Origin: Paramecium tetraurelia
Lineage: Eukaryota
Direction: 5' to 3'
Assembly: GCA_000165425.1 (NCBI GenBank)
Contig: CT868671.1
Span: 563,027-627,026, forward strand
DNA: 64,000 nucleotides
Under the pieces are notes generated by a model. The model was not told the DNA's origin. It saw only the letters and a program-made list of their open reading frames with translations, and did not search any database. Below are positions 40,941-53,900 of this stretch, piece after piece (positions within the stretch are counted from its first letter, which is position 1; each line of letters starts with the position of its first letter). The position numbers and the translations under genes are program-made.

Positions 40941-43509
40941 ATGTAGAACTAAATTAGGTCTAAGAGAAGATGCAAGACGATGAAGAATGTCAATCATGAT
41001 TAATTGATCGATTCAATTAACACTCCCAGGGATTAGGACATCACTTTAATCAATTTTGTTGAAATAAAAAGGTTTTGCGATTTATTGTAAATATAAAGAT
41101 AAAAGGATAAAGCATTGAAATAATAATAAAAACGAGAACATCTTAGGAACCTATTGGCCAAGAAATTCAGACTGATTTATAATGTAATGCGGTTACTTCA
41201 TCACCATGAAAGAGTAATTTTGGAAAGACATGATGAAGGATTAAAAAAGAAATCTTTTCTTCTTATATTTCCAGTAAATTTTGAATTCAACTAGGGTGAC
41301 ACATCCAGAAGGTTTTGGGATATTATCCTCTTTATTACCTATATTTAAACGGCACATATATTTGCCTTTGAGAATAGCATTTATGGATAAAAGTTCTTAG
41401 GGAGTGTATGAATTAGATCTAATTAACGATATAATCTATTGTATTGAGTATCTATCATTTTATATAGTTACAGACATACTTTGTATATTGAGATCTTGTT
41501 ACTATAATCGATAAAATGTATTAATCGAAAATTAGTGGTTTATATTTTTGAACTACCTAAAGGGTTGGTTGATTCCTGACATCATCACACTCATCCCCTT
41601 CGATTCAATTTATGAGTATTTAGTTCTAAAAATGATAGTTTTCACGTTTAATATCATAAATTCCCTAGATTTCTCAGAGTTTTTCGTATCAATCGTATAT
41701 TTAAAGTATCAACATTTCATTAAAACAAAAAGTAATTATTTTATATTAATAGTTTTTATTTTTAGTAATTGGGAAAATGTGTTTAATATATTTAATTCTT
41801 ATTAATTAAACATCTTTAGGATTATCGTAAAATTTATATATGGATTACATCTATTTTCTTGTCTTTGGTATTTGGCATCGAATATCAATGATGAACAATA
41901 CTAAGAGGATCAAGACTACTAAAGTATAATGAATTAAAATTCAGAATACATAAGGTCTTTATTTTGGGCCTTACAGACATTTTCAACTATAGGTTATGGA
42001 AACGATGCTGCCAAAAATTATTCATAGTATATAGTGGCGATATTGTGGATGTTCTTGGGTGCTTCATTTTACTGTGTGATATTGTTAAATTTGTCAGAAT
42101 GGTTAAAGAAACTAAATTCAGAAAGTGTGTATGTGGAAATGCAAAATACTTTGAAGTTATTTTTTAAAAAGATTGAAGTCATTAAAGAAGTGCAAACTAA
42201 GGTTTAATTGTATTTAGCATTAAATATTAAATAAAATTAAGCTTGGTCCTTAAGCTTATAAGAGTGGTTCCAAAATTTACCGATAACTAGGTAAAAAGAA
42301 ATTACTCTTTATGTTTCATATATTGAAATGATGCAGATTCATTTTTTTCGATTAAATCTCAATTTTTCTGTATCCATCTTGCCAAAGATGATGCTAATGA
42401 AAACTTAACAAAATTGTAAAATTTGGATCAAAGATGAAGTAGTAAATGAAATTTATTTTCTAATTAGAGGTAAATTATAATATAGAACTCAATTTGGAAA
42501 AATACTCCTCTAAATAGAACAAGGGTCAGTTTTTGGTGAGCAAGAGTATTTTAAAAAACTCAAGTTCTCAAAATAACACACTAGAAAAAACTATGCAGTT
42601 GCCATTGAATTGTGTGAATACATTATTTTGAATGCAGATTATTTTTTCTAATAAATGAGCTCATTCCCAGCACTTCGTTAGTATTTAGGAATTGTTGCTC
42701 ACAATAGAGAACAAAGAATGAAAGCTCAGATTATTTATAACAGGTTTGAAAGGGAAAGGGAAATAATTAATACTTTGAAGCTTGAGAAAATTAAAGAAAC
42801 CTGCAATATCGATGTCACCAGATATAAAGGAATGATTAAACCTCTAAAATCAATCATCTATGATACACAGCATTCGCGAACTTAGTAAGTGCTTGAATAA
42901 TTAATTCATAACAGAAGGAATAAAATAGATAAATTAATGTAGCAATTCAAAAAAGTTGTTTAGATGATAATATTCGCTAATAAATTAATTGAGAAGCAGG
43001 CATTAAATGTTAGTAAAGTACATCCACTAATGATTTTTCATTAATAACAAACACAAACAACTTTGAAAACCCTATCTAATGAATCTAGGATATTTGTATC
43101 ATAAAAATAATAAATGATTAATCAAGATCAAAAAGTTCAATAAAACATAGTAATTAAAATGAAATAATTTACTAATGTAAGTTTCAGAAAACGTAGATAA
43201 TAAATTAGTAATAAAATTTGGATTCACAATTAAAGTAAAAAGTATGTCTTACAATAAATGTTCAGAGTCAAATGTCCAAAATAATAAATTGAAAAAACTT
43301 TTAGTTTTTAAGGCAATACCTTAGAATCTGACGATTACTCTCATTATGAGAGATAATTGAGAATTTTCAGAAATAATTTTTAGGATCTTAAGAACATGAA
43401 AAAATATATCAAATAATATAAAGAGTTATTGAAGAAATAAATAGGAGACTTAGAAAATGAACTACTTAATGTATCTACTTAAATTGAAAAACTAGAATTA
43501 AAAGAATGA
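40941..43509 (+). CDS. CNBD-family potassium channel (filter TIGYG) with one apparent frameshift in S1; possible pseudogene
   Basis: S1 RRFWDIILF, S4 PRFLRVFRINRIFK, pore SLFWALQTFSTIGYGN, CNBD EIYFLIRG..GSVFGEQE; one extra base near 41355. Confidence 0.78.
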
Positions 43510-43658
43510 TATTAAATTATGTTTCTCGATTGTTTATTTTAAATTATTAGTATTATTTACTTATGTAAATTTTGAATAATGACAAAAAGATTCTAAACTA
43601 TAACCTGAATTAAATGAACTAAACCATATGATGAGTATAGAAAAATTTCTATATTTAT

Positions 43659-44861
43659 TCATTCTTGAATTTCTTAGACATCCTATTAATCTTTTCTTTC
43701 ATCATTTTATTGTTCAAAATCTATTGTTTAAATTTCTTGATTATTTTAATGGATTTAATTGAGAGGTTGATTTTCTTATTAATTTGTATCATCAATTGAT
43801 TTTCTTTGAGAATTTTATTGTATATTTTGACTGTGATCCTTATTAATTGTCTCTTAATTTAGTTGTTCTTATTATTTATTTTCCACTTATTCATTCTTTT
43901 GCTAATTAGATTCAAAATTTTCCGACTAGATCTATTGATCTTATTCTTAAAGAGATTTTTCTTATTATTCGTTGGTTTGCTCTTTATTTTATACTTTTTC
44001 TTAGGAATGCTAGGGCTTTTCAATCATTTCGTTAACGATTTTGGTAACTTTATCTTCATATGGTTCATAAGCTTAAAAATCAGATTCAAATAAGCTCTAC
44101 CTATATTAAAAGTCTTAATGAAATAACAGTTATCTAGATTCTATATTATTGTCTTATCTTGTTCTTTTTCTTAATGAATATATAATACTCAGTACTTTGT
44201 TTATTGACTTTTGCTTTCACCCAGAGGATCCAACCTTTTGCTGATACAATTTTCTCTCTCTAAGATATAATATTTAAAAAATACTCTATAATTGTGATTC
44301 ACTAATCCTTGAGTTGGTCCAATATTGAACTAAAGTTTTAGTAGGTTTGAAATTCTTATAAGGGTATTCTGATATATTGGCAATGTGTTGTTCAACCCAT
44401 TTTCTTTCTTCATTCCAATCTTTAACGTTGTACTGAGACTTTTGGTCTTATATTCTCTTCAATAATTGTTAATTTTCCATAACAATCTTAACCAATTCCT
44501 TTTTCCTATGATCTTTATTCAGAGACTTTTGGGGAACGAAATTCAATGTACTAGATTTGTTGATTGGAAGAGTAGATATAGAGTTATCTGCGAATATAAA
44601 ATATGATAAATTACTCTATGATTGCTTGACTATATTGTTTATTTTGGAAACGAGATTTTAATTTTCCCTTTCTATTTCCTATTGTTTTTATGATTTGATA
44701 GCCTCCTTAATTTTCTTATTCTTAAGAAAGTCGTATTATTTTGGTGCACTTGTGTTAATCTATGGTCGCATAGTTAAGAGATGCTGATTCAATATTACCT
44801 AGTTTTAAAATATTTCCTTTGTGGCACAGATTTTATTCCCAGTCGGTATATTTCGATTCAT
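43659..44861 (-). CDS. CFAP97/Hemingway (KIAA1430)-domain protein with acidic tail
   Basis: MNRNIPTGNK, INTSAP, EIERENQNLVSKI, SLNKDHRKKELVKIVMENQQLLKRIQDQKSQY. Confidence 0.75.
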
Positions 44862-45266
44862 AATATTATAATTTATTTTATATAAAAAAAGAAATAAGTC
44901 TACAAATAACCCCCTATTATTCTCTGTTATCCAAAAATTAATAGATATAATACACGCTTTCATTATATCTCTTGATTCAAATGTTGGTTATGGACAGATT
45001 TGCATATCAATATAAACTTATATTTGGAGAGTAAAGTGATAATGTAATTAAATTACTTGAAATGCTCAGAACTAATAATCAATTTTCAACAAGTTATGCT
45101 ATGTAATATAATACAAAATTATTTATCTATTATTAATTGAATTCAATTAAACTTTAGATACACGTTTTAATATTTTCAGTCTCAATCGACGAATTAATGT
45201 CAAGATTTAGTTAGGATTGTTAAACACCCCTAATACTCTTCATTTAAAATAAATATATTTTTTAAA

Positions 45267-47308
45267 ATGATCAAGAAATTTTCTTTAAGCTTTTTCTCTT
45301 CTGAACTCGAATATTCCTTTAAAAAATGGGTTATTGAACAAAATCAATTCATTTATGAGACTACTCTTGCTACAATCACAATTTATCTTATAATAAATCT
45401 GATCAATTACAACAACGATGTCATTTACATCATAACGACTTCAACCAGTCTTTGTATTGAATTAACTATACTTTTTTTCTATCAGAAATATCCTTTGCAT
45501 AGAGAATTTATTCAAAGCTTGAATCTAATCATTTTTGCCATTACGATTGATATTTATATGATTTACCATCAAATCTAAGACACGGCCATAGAAATGGGGA
45601 TAATGAAATATAGTATAGAATCTATTATTATAAAAAAGTGTTATATCTTTAGGGAAATCGATTTAGATGGCAAACATTGATTTTTCTCCTCGGCTTTGGA
45701 GCGGAAGTCTCAATATCTCAAATGGATGTAGTTTAACAAATAGCACATGGCTTGTTTAGAATGTTCATTATATTTTTTCGTTACTAGGTCGAGATGAGAA
45801 GAAGATAATATTATTTGGCACAGAGATCTTAATTATAATATGAGAATTTGATCGAGGAATAATTGCCAACGTGGGTGGTTTTGATTAAATATGATAAGCA
45901 ACAAGGTTAAATAAGGATTGACAAGATTAATAGAATAATGAGAGAAACCTTTAACATTGTAACTGATCAAAAATTTAGAGAGTTTCTTAGGGATTCAAAT
46001 ATCCAACCCTTAGAGGAACCCCAAAAAAAGCAGTTCAATTTCGAGGAGCTATTACTGAAAGAATTGGTGTATAAGTAGGAAACAAATTAAATATCTAAGT
46101 TTTTGGGTTATCTTATAAACAATGAAAAAAAGTGGTAATTCTAAATAACAAAAATCTATTTAAATTCAATAGAACCCACCATATTACTTTTATTTATAGA
46201 ATAGGGTGGGAATCTGTATGAGTTCTATTCTCATTAGATCAAGTGGAGGGATCAACAGTTAGTTAATCAAAGCAAGCAATTTCTAAATTATATCAAGGAT
46301 CAAATAGGCATTCTAAAGTTCTTCAAGTAGTAATCAAGAGTTTAGGAGTTATTTCAAATTAGTAATTAAATCAGCAATAGTTATATCCTTTTTAATCAAA
46401 GTTTGAACATCTATAATATCACTTAGATAACTTATGGTAAATTAAAATATAAAATAAATGAGTTTTAATTAATTGATTTAATTTATCAACTAAAAGAAGA
46501 TCTTAAATTTACAAATAATCAATTAAAATCAAATATACTCATGAAAACAGATAGATCAAAAATGATCTCAATTATTTTGAGTATTTCTGAATTTATTAAG
46601 ATCATGCTGGCCATCATAACAAATGATGAAAAATAATTGTATGAGTGTCATCCCTCAGGATATCCTATTTAGATAAGATTCAAAAGAATCAAACATTAAC
46701 CTGGATGTTTGAAAATTACAATGAAACATTAAAATCTCAAAATACCACATTAGATACAAGAAGCTTTATTAAAGGCTGCATCGTATACTGATCATAAAAA
46801 AAGGAATTGGGGAGTCAATCACTATTATGAAAACATTTAAAATTTAAGCGAATAGATTCATAATTTGAACATGAAAGCTCAGAAAGTTACAAAAAGTCAA
46901 ATTTCTTTATTAGATCTTGATTTAGCTTCATATTAGTAAGCAAAGGAGGTGAATTTGAAAGGAAGTACAGAGCCTTTTAGCACTTTAGGCTTACCGTTGG
47001 CTTAATATCTCGTCTGTCAATTAGGACCAAATAATCAAATCAATTTTAAAGATACTTAATAATAAAAAATGGGGGATTCCTTGTCCTTTCGAAATTCAAC
47101 TCCATAAACAAAGATAAGTTTTTAGATTTATGAAGATTTGAATGAATTCATTTATCAATTGAATGAGAAAGAGTCCAATCCTTATTTAGATTGCTACATT
47201 TCAAATGAAATTCAGCAATCAACATTTAAAACATTCCATAGTCTATCTCCATCACATCAACATCAAAGAGGAAGTTTGTAATCATTTATAAACACTAAAT
47301 TAAATTGA
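45267..47308 (+). CDS. Multi-pass membrane protein with degenerate histidine-kinase-like C-terminus
   Basis: FSLSFFSSELE N-terminus, several TM helices, C-terminal TLGLPLAQYLVCQLGP resembling the HATPase G2 region. Confidence 0.62.
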
Positions 47309-47323
47309 ATATATTTATTAATT

Positions 47324-47843
47324 ATGCTAATATATTAGATTTTAATAATAAACTCAATAATATTTTGTTCTTAATCAGTATAAATCCCAATAGAAGATGT
47401 GGAGTTTATAACTCATAAAGAGTCTGGATTTAAATTGGTAAACTCAAAAATTCTTATAAATCGAGCGGATAATATCAAAGGTGTGATAGATGATGATGGT
47501 GTGAATTTTTTGCATTTTGAAATATATGATGTAAAGACAGAGCAATCTAAGAAGAAGATAGCAGGTATATTGGAATAATTCTGGAATGATGCAAAAATGG
47601 TTCCACTTAGAATGAGAAATCAATTAGAATATATGTTATAATTGGATTTAATAATTTTAGTGATATAGCTTTTAGGAAACCAAAAAATGCTTAAATAGAA
47701 GTAAATGAACTTAAGAATAACACATGGTCGATATTAATATACTTAAAGGAGAGTACAGAAGTGATGGAGATTAAGTTTAAAATTCCAGATAACCATTTTA
47801 ATGAGTAGTTTTCCAAGTTGAGAGTGTTACTCGACTTTATTTG
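47324..47843 (+). CDS. Hypothetical protein with probable signal peptide
   Basis: MLIYQILIINSIIFCSQS start; open frame with one 26-nt intron. Confidence 0.65.
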
Positions 47844-47884
47844 AAATAAGTATTATAATAATTGTGTAAATTGGATTAACTAAA

Positions 47885-48189
47885 TCAATAAGGAGCTTAG
47901 AACCCTTAGGGAGGCAATCCGCTATTAGGATCTGTTCCTTTGGGTCTTCTGAAAAGTAAAATGTGTGGTTCAGGTCGATGACATTCGTAATGAACCCACC
48001 CTCTGGATTGCTGAACTCCCAGATTCCTCCATTCCATTTCGCTAAGGAGTTTTCCTAGAGTAATGAATTTTTGATTTTACCTTTGGTGATCTTTTTGAAA
48101 ATATGCTTAGGGAGAATGACATGTCTATATTCATAGTAATCATCCTAATATTTATCTGAATATTCAATATCTTCTGGATAGTGTGGCAT
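47885..48189 (-). CDS. CKS1: Cyclin-dependent kinase regulatory subunit CKS1/Suc1
   Basis: [19 protein letters not shown]...[36 protein letters not shown]; one intron. Confidence 0.96.
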
Positions 48190-48268
48190 GAAATAGTAGT
48201 TAGATAAATTAAATTTAAAATAATAACTGCTTATATTTTGGAATATGGTAATATTTTAATGTTGGTAA

Positions 48269-49257
48269 TCATCTTCTAATGGCTAAAAGGGCTATAGACA
48301 TTATGGATGATAAGCCAAAAAATAAGGAATAAGCTTAATGAGTTTGAGGTGTTGGTAATGGCTTATCGAAGTTGTCTTTAGTGGCTGGGATGGGATATAA
48401 GTTGGCAGATTCTTCATCATACTCTTACACTAATCTTTCAATATAGCCAGAAGAGCTATCAGTCTATATTAATAAATATTAGCATATTCCCATACCAAAT
48501 TGAAAGATCTGTATAATCTGGACATGAACCATAAATCGATGTAATTGTAAACTCCTTCTCTTGGCCAATTTCTGCGTCCCTTTAAAATATCTTCCTCTTC
48601 TCCCTTTCTGACCATACCAACGAATTCAACAAATGGCATTTAGTAATCTTCTTCCATATTGGCAACATTTCTATTGAACCCTGTCAATTAATCATCATCC
48701 TCATTGTGAGGGACATTTTCAAATGTCTAAACATCAAAGAAAAGTGGATACAGTTGTGCCAATGGGTTCCTGTCCCATTTGAATATCACTAATATTGTCC
48801 TTTGGTACCCACCCTAAATTTACCATCACTTAAGATTTGGTGGTTTGTTCTGGATCTTATTCAGTATCATTAAATTGTAATGCTGTTACAAATGGAGCAA
48901 AAACGAGAAATCCATCTCTGCCTTCTCTTTCTCTTCTAACAAAAAATCTTTCATCCTATAATAGTGATATCAATTGGATACTCTGAAATATCCGTACAAT
49001 TTGACTAATTTGTATTCCCAATCCTTGATATTGCGAGCCCAAGGGTATCTATTGGCATTTAATCCATTTATGGTTATGGGTTTCCATTCAGTGATTTCAT
49101 TTTCAACCTTTTCGTAGAGTTATTTCTGTTGAGCACCTCTCCATTAATGCCAAGCACATCCATAAGCTCCACCAAAGAAGACACCATAAGCCAATAATTT
49201 GATTATTCCATTGCTTTGTCTTTGAGCAAAAGAGTTAAATACTTATGTTGAAAGCAT
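48269..49257 (-). CDS. SURF1: SURF1/Shy1 cytochrome c oxidase assembly factor
   Basis: N-terminal TM then WHQWR, WEYKLVKLYGYF, GFLVFAPF, VMVNLGWVP, C-terminal HQAYSLFFGLS TM. Confidence 0.82.
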
Positions 49258-49287
49258 AAAAGATTGAAAATTAATATATTAAACTAA

Positions 49288-50706
49288 ATGAGCATATGTG
49301 ATTATCATCCTGAATAAAGAATTACAGTTCTGTGTTTATATAATGCATGTACAGAGGATCGTCTGGGTTGTTAGAAGTGTCTACTCTCCTTACACAAATC
49401 ACATATCAAGAGTTGTGTGTTGATATCTGAAATTTAAAAGAAATAACATTGTGTGGAATTATTTGCTAATACTCAAAATGAATAACAAATTAACAAATTT
49501 TCAGAAGATGAACTAATCCATAAGGACAAACTCAATTCAATTTCAAATCAATTGCAATAATCATTAAAAAGTTGTTTAAATATATATTAAATCTTTAGAA
49601 TATCTTAAGCAAATCAAATTGAATCTATTAGAGTAGGAATCCAAGCAAAAAACAATTCAAATGAAACATAACAAAGAAATTCTTAATTCATACTTCAATT
49701 CCTACGAATTTGAGAAATTAAAGGAACAATTAACCAAATTCAAAGCTGGTCAATCAACTGAAGAATAGGTATGATCCCCTTATATGCTAGATAAATGATT
49801 TTATATCTCAAATTATCAAGGATAGACAAAACTTATAGAATGTTTGTCAAAATTAATTAACTCAAGGATCCAAATAGAGTGGATTGCCCTAAGAGTTTAA
49901 AGACATGGTTGTGACAGAAGTCTGTAATTCATTGGAGTCTTTGAAGAACTTTATGAGAAAAGATGATTGTAAATACAATATCTATATTTTACAGCCATCT
50001 TTTTTTATAAATCCCAACTATCACAAGAAGAGGATGCCAATATCTAGGAGACAATCAAAGGAAAGTAGTTTATCTTCAATGATTAAGACGATGTACAACT
50101 GATTTATGGATCATGCACACTCTCAAAAGGAATTTATGAGTTTCAAATTGCCATCGAATATATATAAAATGAATAATCGAAACAAGAGGAATAACAAGAA
50201 GGTTTGGCATCGATTGTGAGTAACTCTCCCTAATTGTACAATCCTTACTCTTAACACACTATTGGTGGTCATATCAGCAACTCAGGAATCTTTGCACAAT
50301 TAGAATACCAACATTTACACAGAGTCTATATTGGAGTAGTGGAAGATTTGGTTAAGGATTAAATGGCCACTTATTCAATAATGTACTAAACTTAGCAATG
50401 TTGTGCTGTCGACATTGTGAGAGGTGCAGCCATTGGATCATTTCATATGAAATAATAATTAGGAGAGAAAATTGAACCAATTTAGACTCTATTTCACAAA
50501 AACATGAAGAAAGGATTAGTGTTGGCATTTAAGATTAACCTAGATGAAAAGTATTATTCTCAATTCTATATAATTCTAGTAAGTTGATTTTGACAGATAG
50601 TGAAAACAAGACAAGATACGAAGGATAATTGTACAATATGACAGGAGACAATATTAAGCCATATATCTTAATTTATAAGAGTAATGTTAAAGTAACGATT
50701 AACTGA
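49288..50706 (+). CDS. Hypothetical protein with B-box-like Cys/His N-terminus, coiled coil and beta-rich (SPRY-like) C-terminus
   Basis: CDYHPEQRITVLCLYNACTEDRLGCQKCLLSLHKSH; frame closed by several short introns. Confidence 0.65.
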
Positions 50707-51072
50707 GTTTTAAAATATTTTTTATGTAATATGAACATCTTTAATGAATTTCAAACAAGATAAGTTCCCATATAAAATGTTAATTATTTAACTGTTATAC
50801 TTCATTTATTTTAATAAAAATTCAGTCACTCAAAACAGTTGTTTTTGTTTATGAATGTATCATTAATTAAAGATAAGAAGAAATTAATCTTGATCAAATC
50901 AATATAATATTATGTTATCTTAAATGATTATTATTCTTTTCATCATCAATTGATAGGCTTATAATTCATTAATTTCGTATAATCTTTAAAAAACTCTTTG
51001 CTTATGTTATAAACTTTTTAAGACTTCCTTCTTAAAAGTAAGATTGAATATAGAATATAATTAAAAAGATTA

Positions 51073-52805
51073 ATGTCAAGTGATTATGAATAGTATTATA
51101 TTGATTCTATCTGATAGAGATTTCTATAATATAACCTAGGCAACTCTTACTCCAAGGTTGCAGGAGGCATGTCGAAGGGAAGGCATCCATCCGAATGAGT
51201 TGTTTAGGAAGACAAGAGAATAAGTGGTGCAATTAATCAAGCAACGTGATACGGTTGGAGCATAACTTACAGATGATATGGTGACGGAGATTGAGAAACA
51301 TTTGGAGGATAAACGAAAGAGAAGAATTAACATTGTTAGATCTTAAAGATAAAGAATACTTTAAGAAGACAATAATGTTAGTAGAAATTCAAACCATATC
51401 TCCAATTTAAATCTATCCACCATGAGTTTTGCTGACAAACAACAAAAAATGCTAGAAAATATAAAAAGAAGATAGTAGATGGAAATTGAAAAAATGGTCG
51501 AATAGGAGTAACTTAAAGAGAGGAAGAGTCAAATAGCACTTCAGAAAATGTTGAAATAGCAAGAGAAAGAAAAACAATTCCAAGATGAGTTATAAAAGAA
51601 ACGCTATCAAAATGAACAGTTACGATAAAAATAGGAATTGGAGAGAAAAAAAAAGGAGTAGAAGGAAAAAGAATTGTTGGACCAAAAAGCAAAAGAAAAT
51701 GATTTGAAAGAATAGAAACGTCGCCAAAAGGAATTAGAAAGCATGATGAAACAAAAACAAGAAGCAGAATAGAGAGAATGGGAAAGAAGGAAAAAATAAG
51801 AACTTATGTAAAGGGAAAATGAATAATTTCAAAATGAACAATAAAGACAATTAGAAATTAAAAAATCATAATTAGAATAAAAGGAGAGGAAGAGAATCTA
51901 AATAATGGAGAGTAGAACTATTGAAAGGAAGACTTAGGCTGAAAAAGAAAGAGCTGAATTAGAAAAAAAATTACATATGGTTAAATAATATAATGAGAAT
52001 CTACTTGAGAAGAAAAGAAATGATTATACTCTCAAGGAATAACATGTAGAATAAAAGAGAAGAGAATTTGAAGAATATCTTGAAAAAGTCAGACAAGAGA
52101 AAGCCAGACAAGCAGAAGAGAAATAAAAGTAAATTAATAAAATAATGGTAACATATCTTTATTCTATTATTCACTAGTAAACTAATCAATAGAAAGAAGA
52201 AGAGAAAAGATAATAATACGAACATAAATAATAGGAATATTAAAAGAAAAAGGAGGTTATGAATGAGCAACAAAGACAACAAATGGAAGATAAAATGAAA
52301 AAGTATAGGGATAAAGAATAAAAAATATAAATGATTCTATAAAAAAATGAAATGATGTAGGAATAATAAAAATAAGAGCTTTAAAAGAAATTAGATAGAA
52401 CTTAATAAAAATTATAGGTACTTGAACAAAAAAAGGATGAGGATTAAAAATAGAGGTATTTTTGTATTCTATTTTAGAATAACCATTTAAATAATCAAAG
52501 ATATTGATAAATTTGATAACTTAACAAGAATGGAATAATTAAGTGAGTTAAGGAGAACTAAACTTGAAATGAAGCTTTCTAAAGATGATGAAAGAACTGA
52601 AATGGTGAGAAGGGAAAGAGAGAATTTAGCAAAATAAGCTGAAATCATAAGAAAGGAAGCAGAAGAGAAAAGGCAATAATTTATCTAAGAATTTGAGAAA
52701 AAGAAGAAGTTGTAGGTAATTACGCAGGAGGGTTAAAGAGATAAACAGGTTTCCGTGAATAATAGATCCTAATCATCAGGAATTAATATGAGATAATAAT
52801 AATGA
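51073..52805 (+). CDS. Hypothetical long coiled-coil protein
   Basis: TPRLQEACRREGIHPNEL near N-terminus, then E/K/Q/R-rich heptads; short introns. Confidence 0.72.
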
Positions 52806-53094
52806 AAATCTTCTTGAAACAAAATTTTGAGTATATTTTATTATAAAAATGGTGATATGTTATTCAGGTTTGCTTAAAATATAAAAAGAAATATAAAATT
52901 TCTTTGTTTCTACTTCTAAAATGTATTACGAATTATAGTATTTTTTCAGTTAATTTTGATAAAATATCTTACGAAATAGAAATTTCTAGATATTTATAAA
53001 TTAATGATACTTGTATTTTATAGCATGAGAATACTCTTTCTTATATTTTAATTATGGTATAATAACTCTATTTATATAATATAAATTCATTTAG

Positions 53095-53542
53095 TCATTG
53101 GATTTACTACTTTTTCATTATCTGGCTTAGAATTTAAGTTCGAGTATTTTAAAGAATGGTCTCCATTTAGGAAATAATGGTCTTCAACATTTGACATTAT
53201 TAAAGTTTGGCAATATCATTAGACATTTTGAATTTAGGCATTTTTTTTTAAGATTAGACATCTGTTTCTGTGTCTGATTTTTTTATTTTTTTGGATTTTC
53301 TCACAATGGATTTTAATTTCTTTTTAGGAGACTCATCCTCAACGTTAAACAATAAAACTTGTTCTTCTGGTAAATAACCATCAAAAGTATTATTTTTATC
53401 AATCTCAATGTTGGAACTCTATTCAAATTCGTACTCTTGCTCTTCAGCAACCTAAATCTATTCGTGGTCTTCCAAAGCTTTGATTAATATAATCAATACC
53501 CTAATCATTTTAATCTTCAAAGTCAAGAGCATAGAAATTCAT
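53095..53542 (-). CDS. Small hypothetical protein (acidic N-terminus, basic middle, helical C-terminus)
   Basis: MNFYALDFED start, one 22-nt intron, ends QCQMLKTIISQMETILQNTRTQILSQIMKKQQIQ. Confidence 0.65.
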
Positions 53543-53900
53543 AAGTTTAAGATATTAGAAATTATAAATAATATTGAGATTTTATTCATTTTAAACTACT
53601 ATATATATAATTGAGTATGCTTCAAGAATATTTTAGGATTCCATTTTTCTTAACAGATAGCATAATAAGCATTTCATTAACTATTTTTAATTCTTTTTTA
53701 ACAACATACACTTTCAAATACTTATTTGGTTCTTATGCTAAATTCACACACATTTCTTATCTATTTTTTGTGTCTATGAGGTGAGCAGCCTAAATGATGT
53801 TGATTTCCTTTCTTCTGATATTCTTTAATAAACTTAGTATAATTTAAAAATAAGTACATTGTGTTTATGAATGTTATGTAGAATTAATAATATTGATATT

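Noticed and set aside
41441..41765. Further apparent frame breaks in the TIGYG channel gene
   Set aside because: Resolved by GT-AG introns at 41441-41467, 41616-41638 and 41732-41765
53770..53820. Possible C/D-box snoRNA (ATGATG...CTGA)
   Set aside because: Imperfect C box, boxes too close together, no terminal stem or guide recognised
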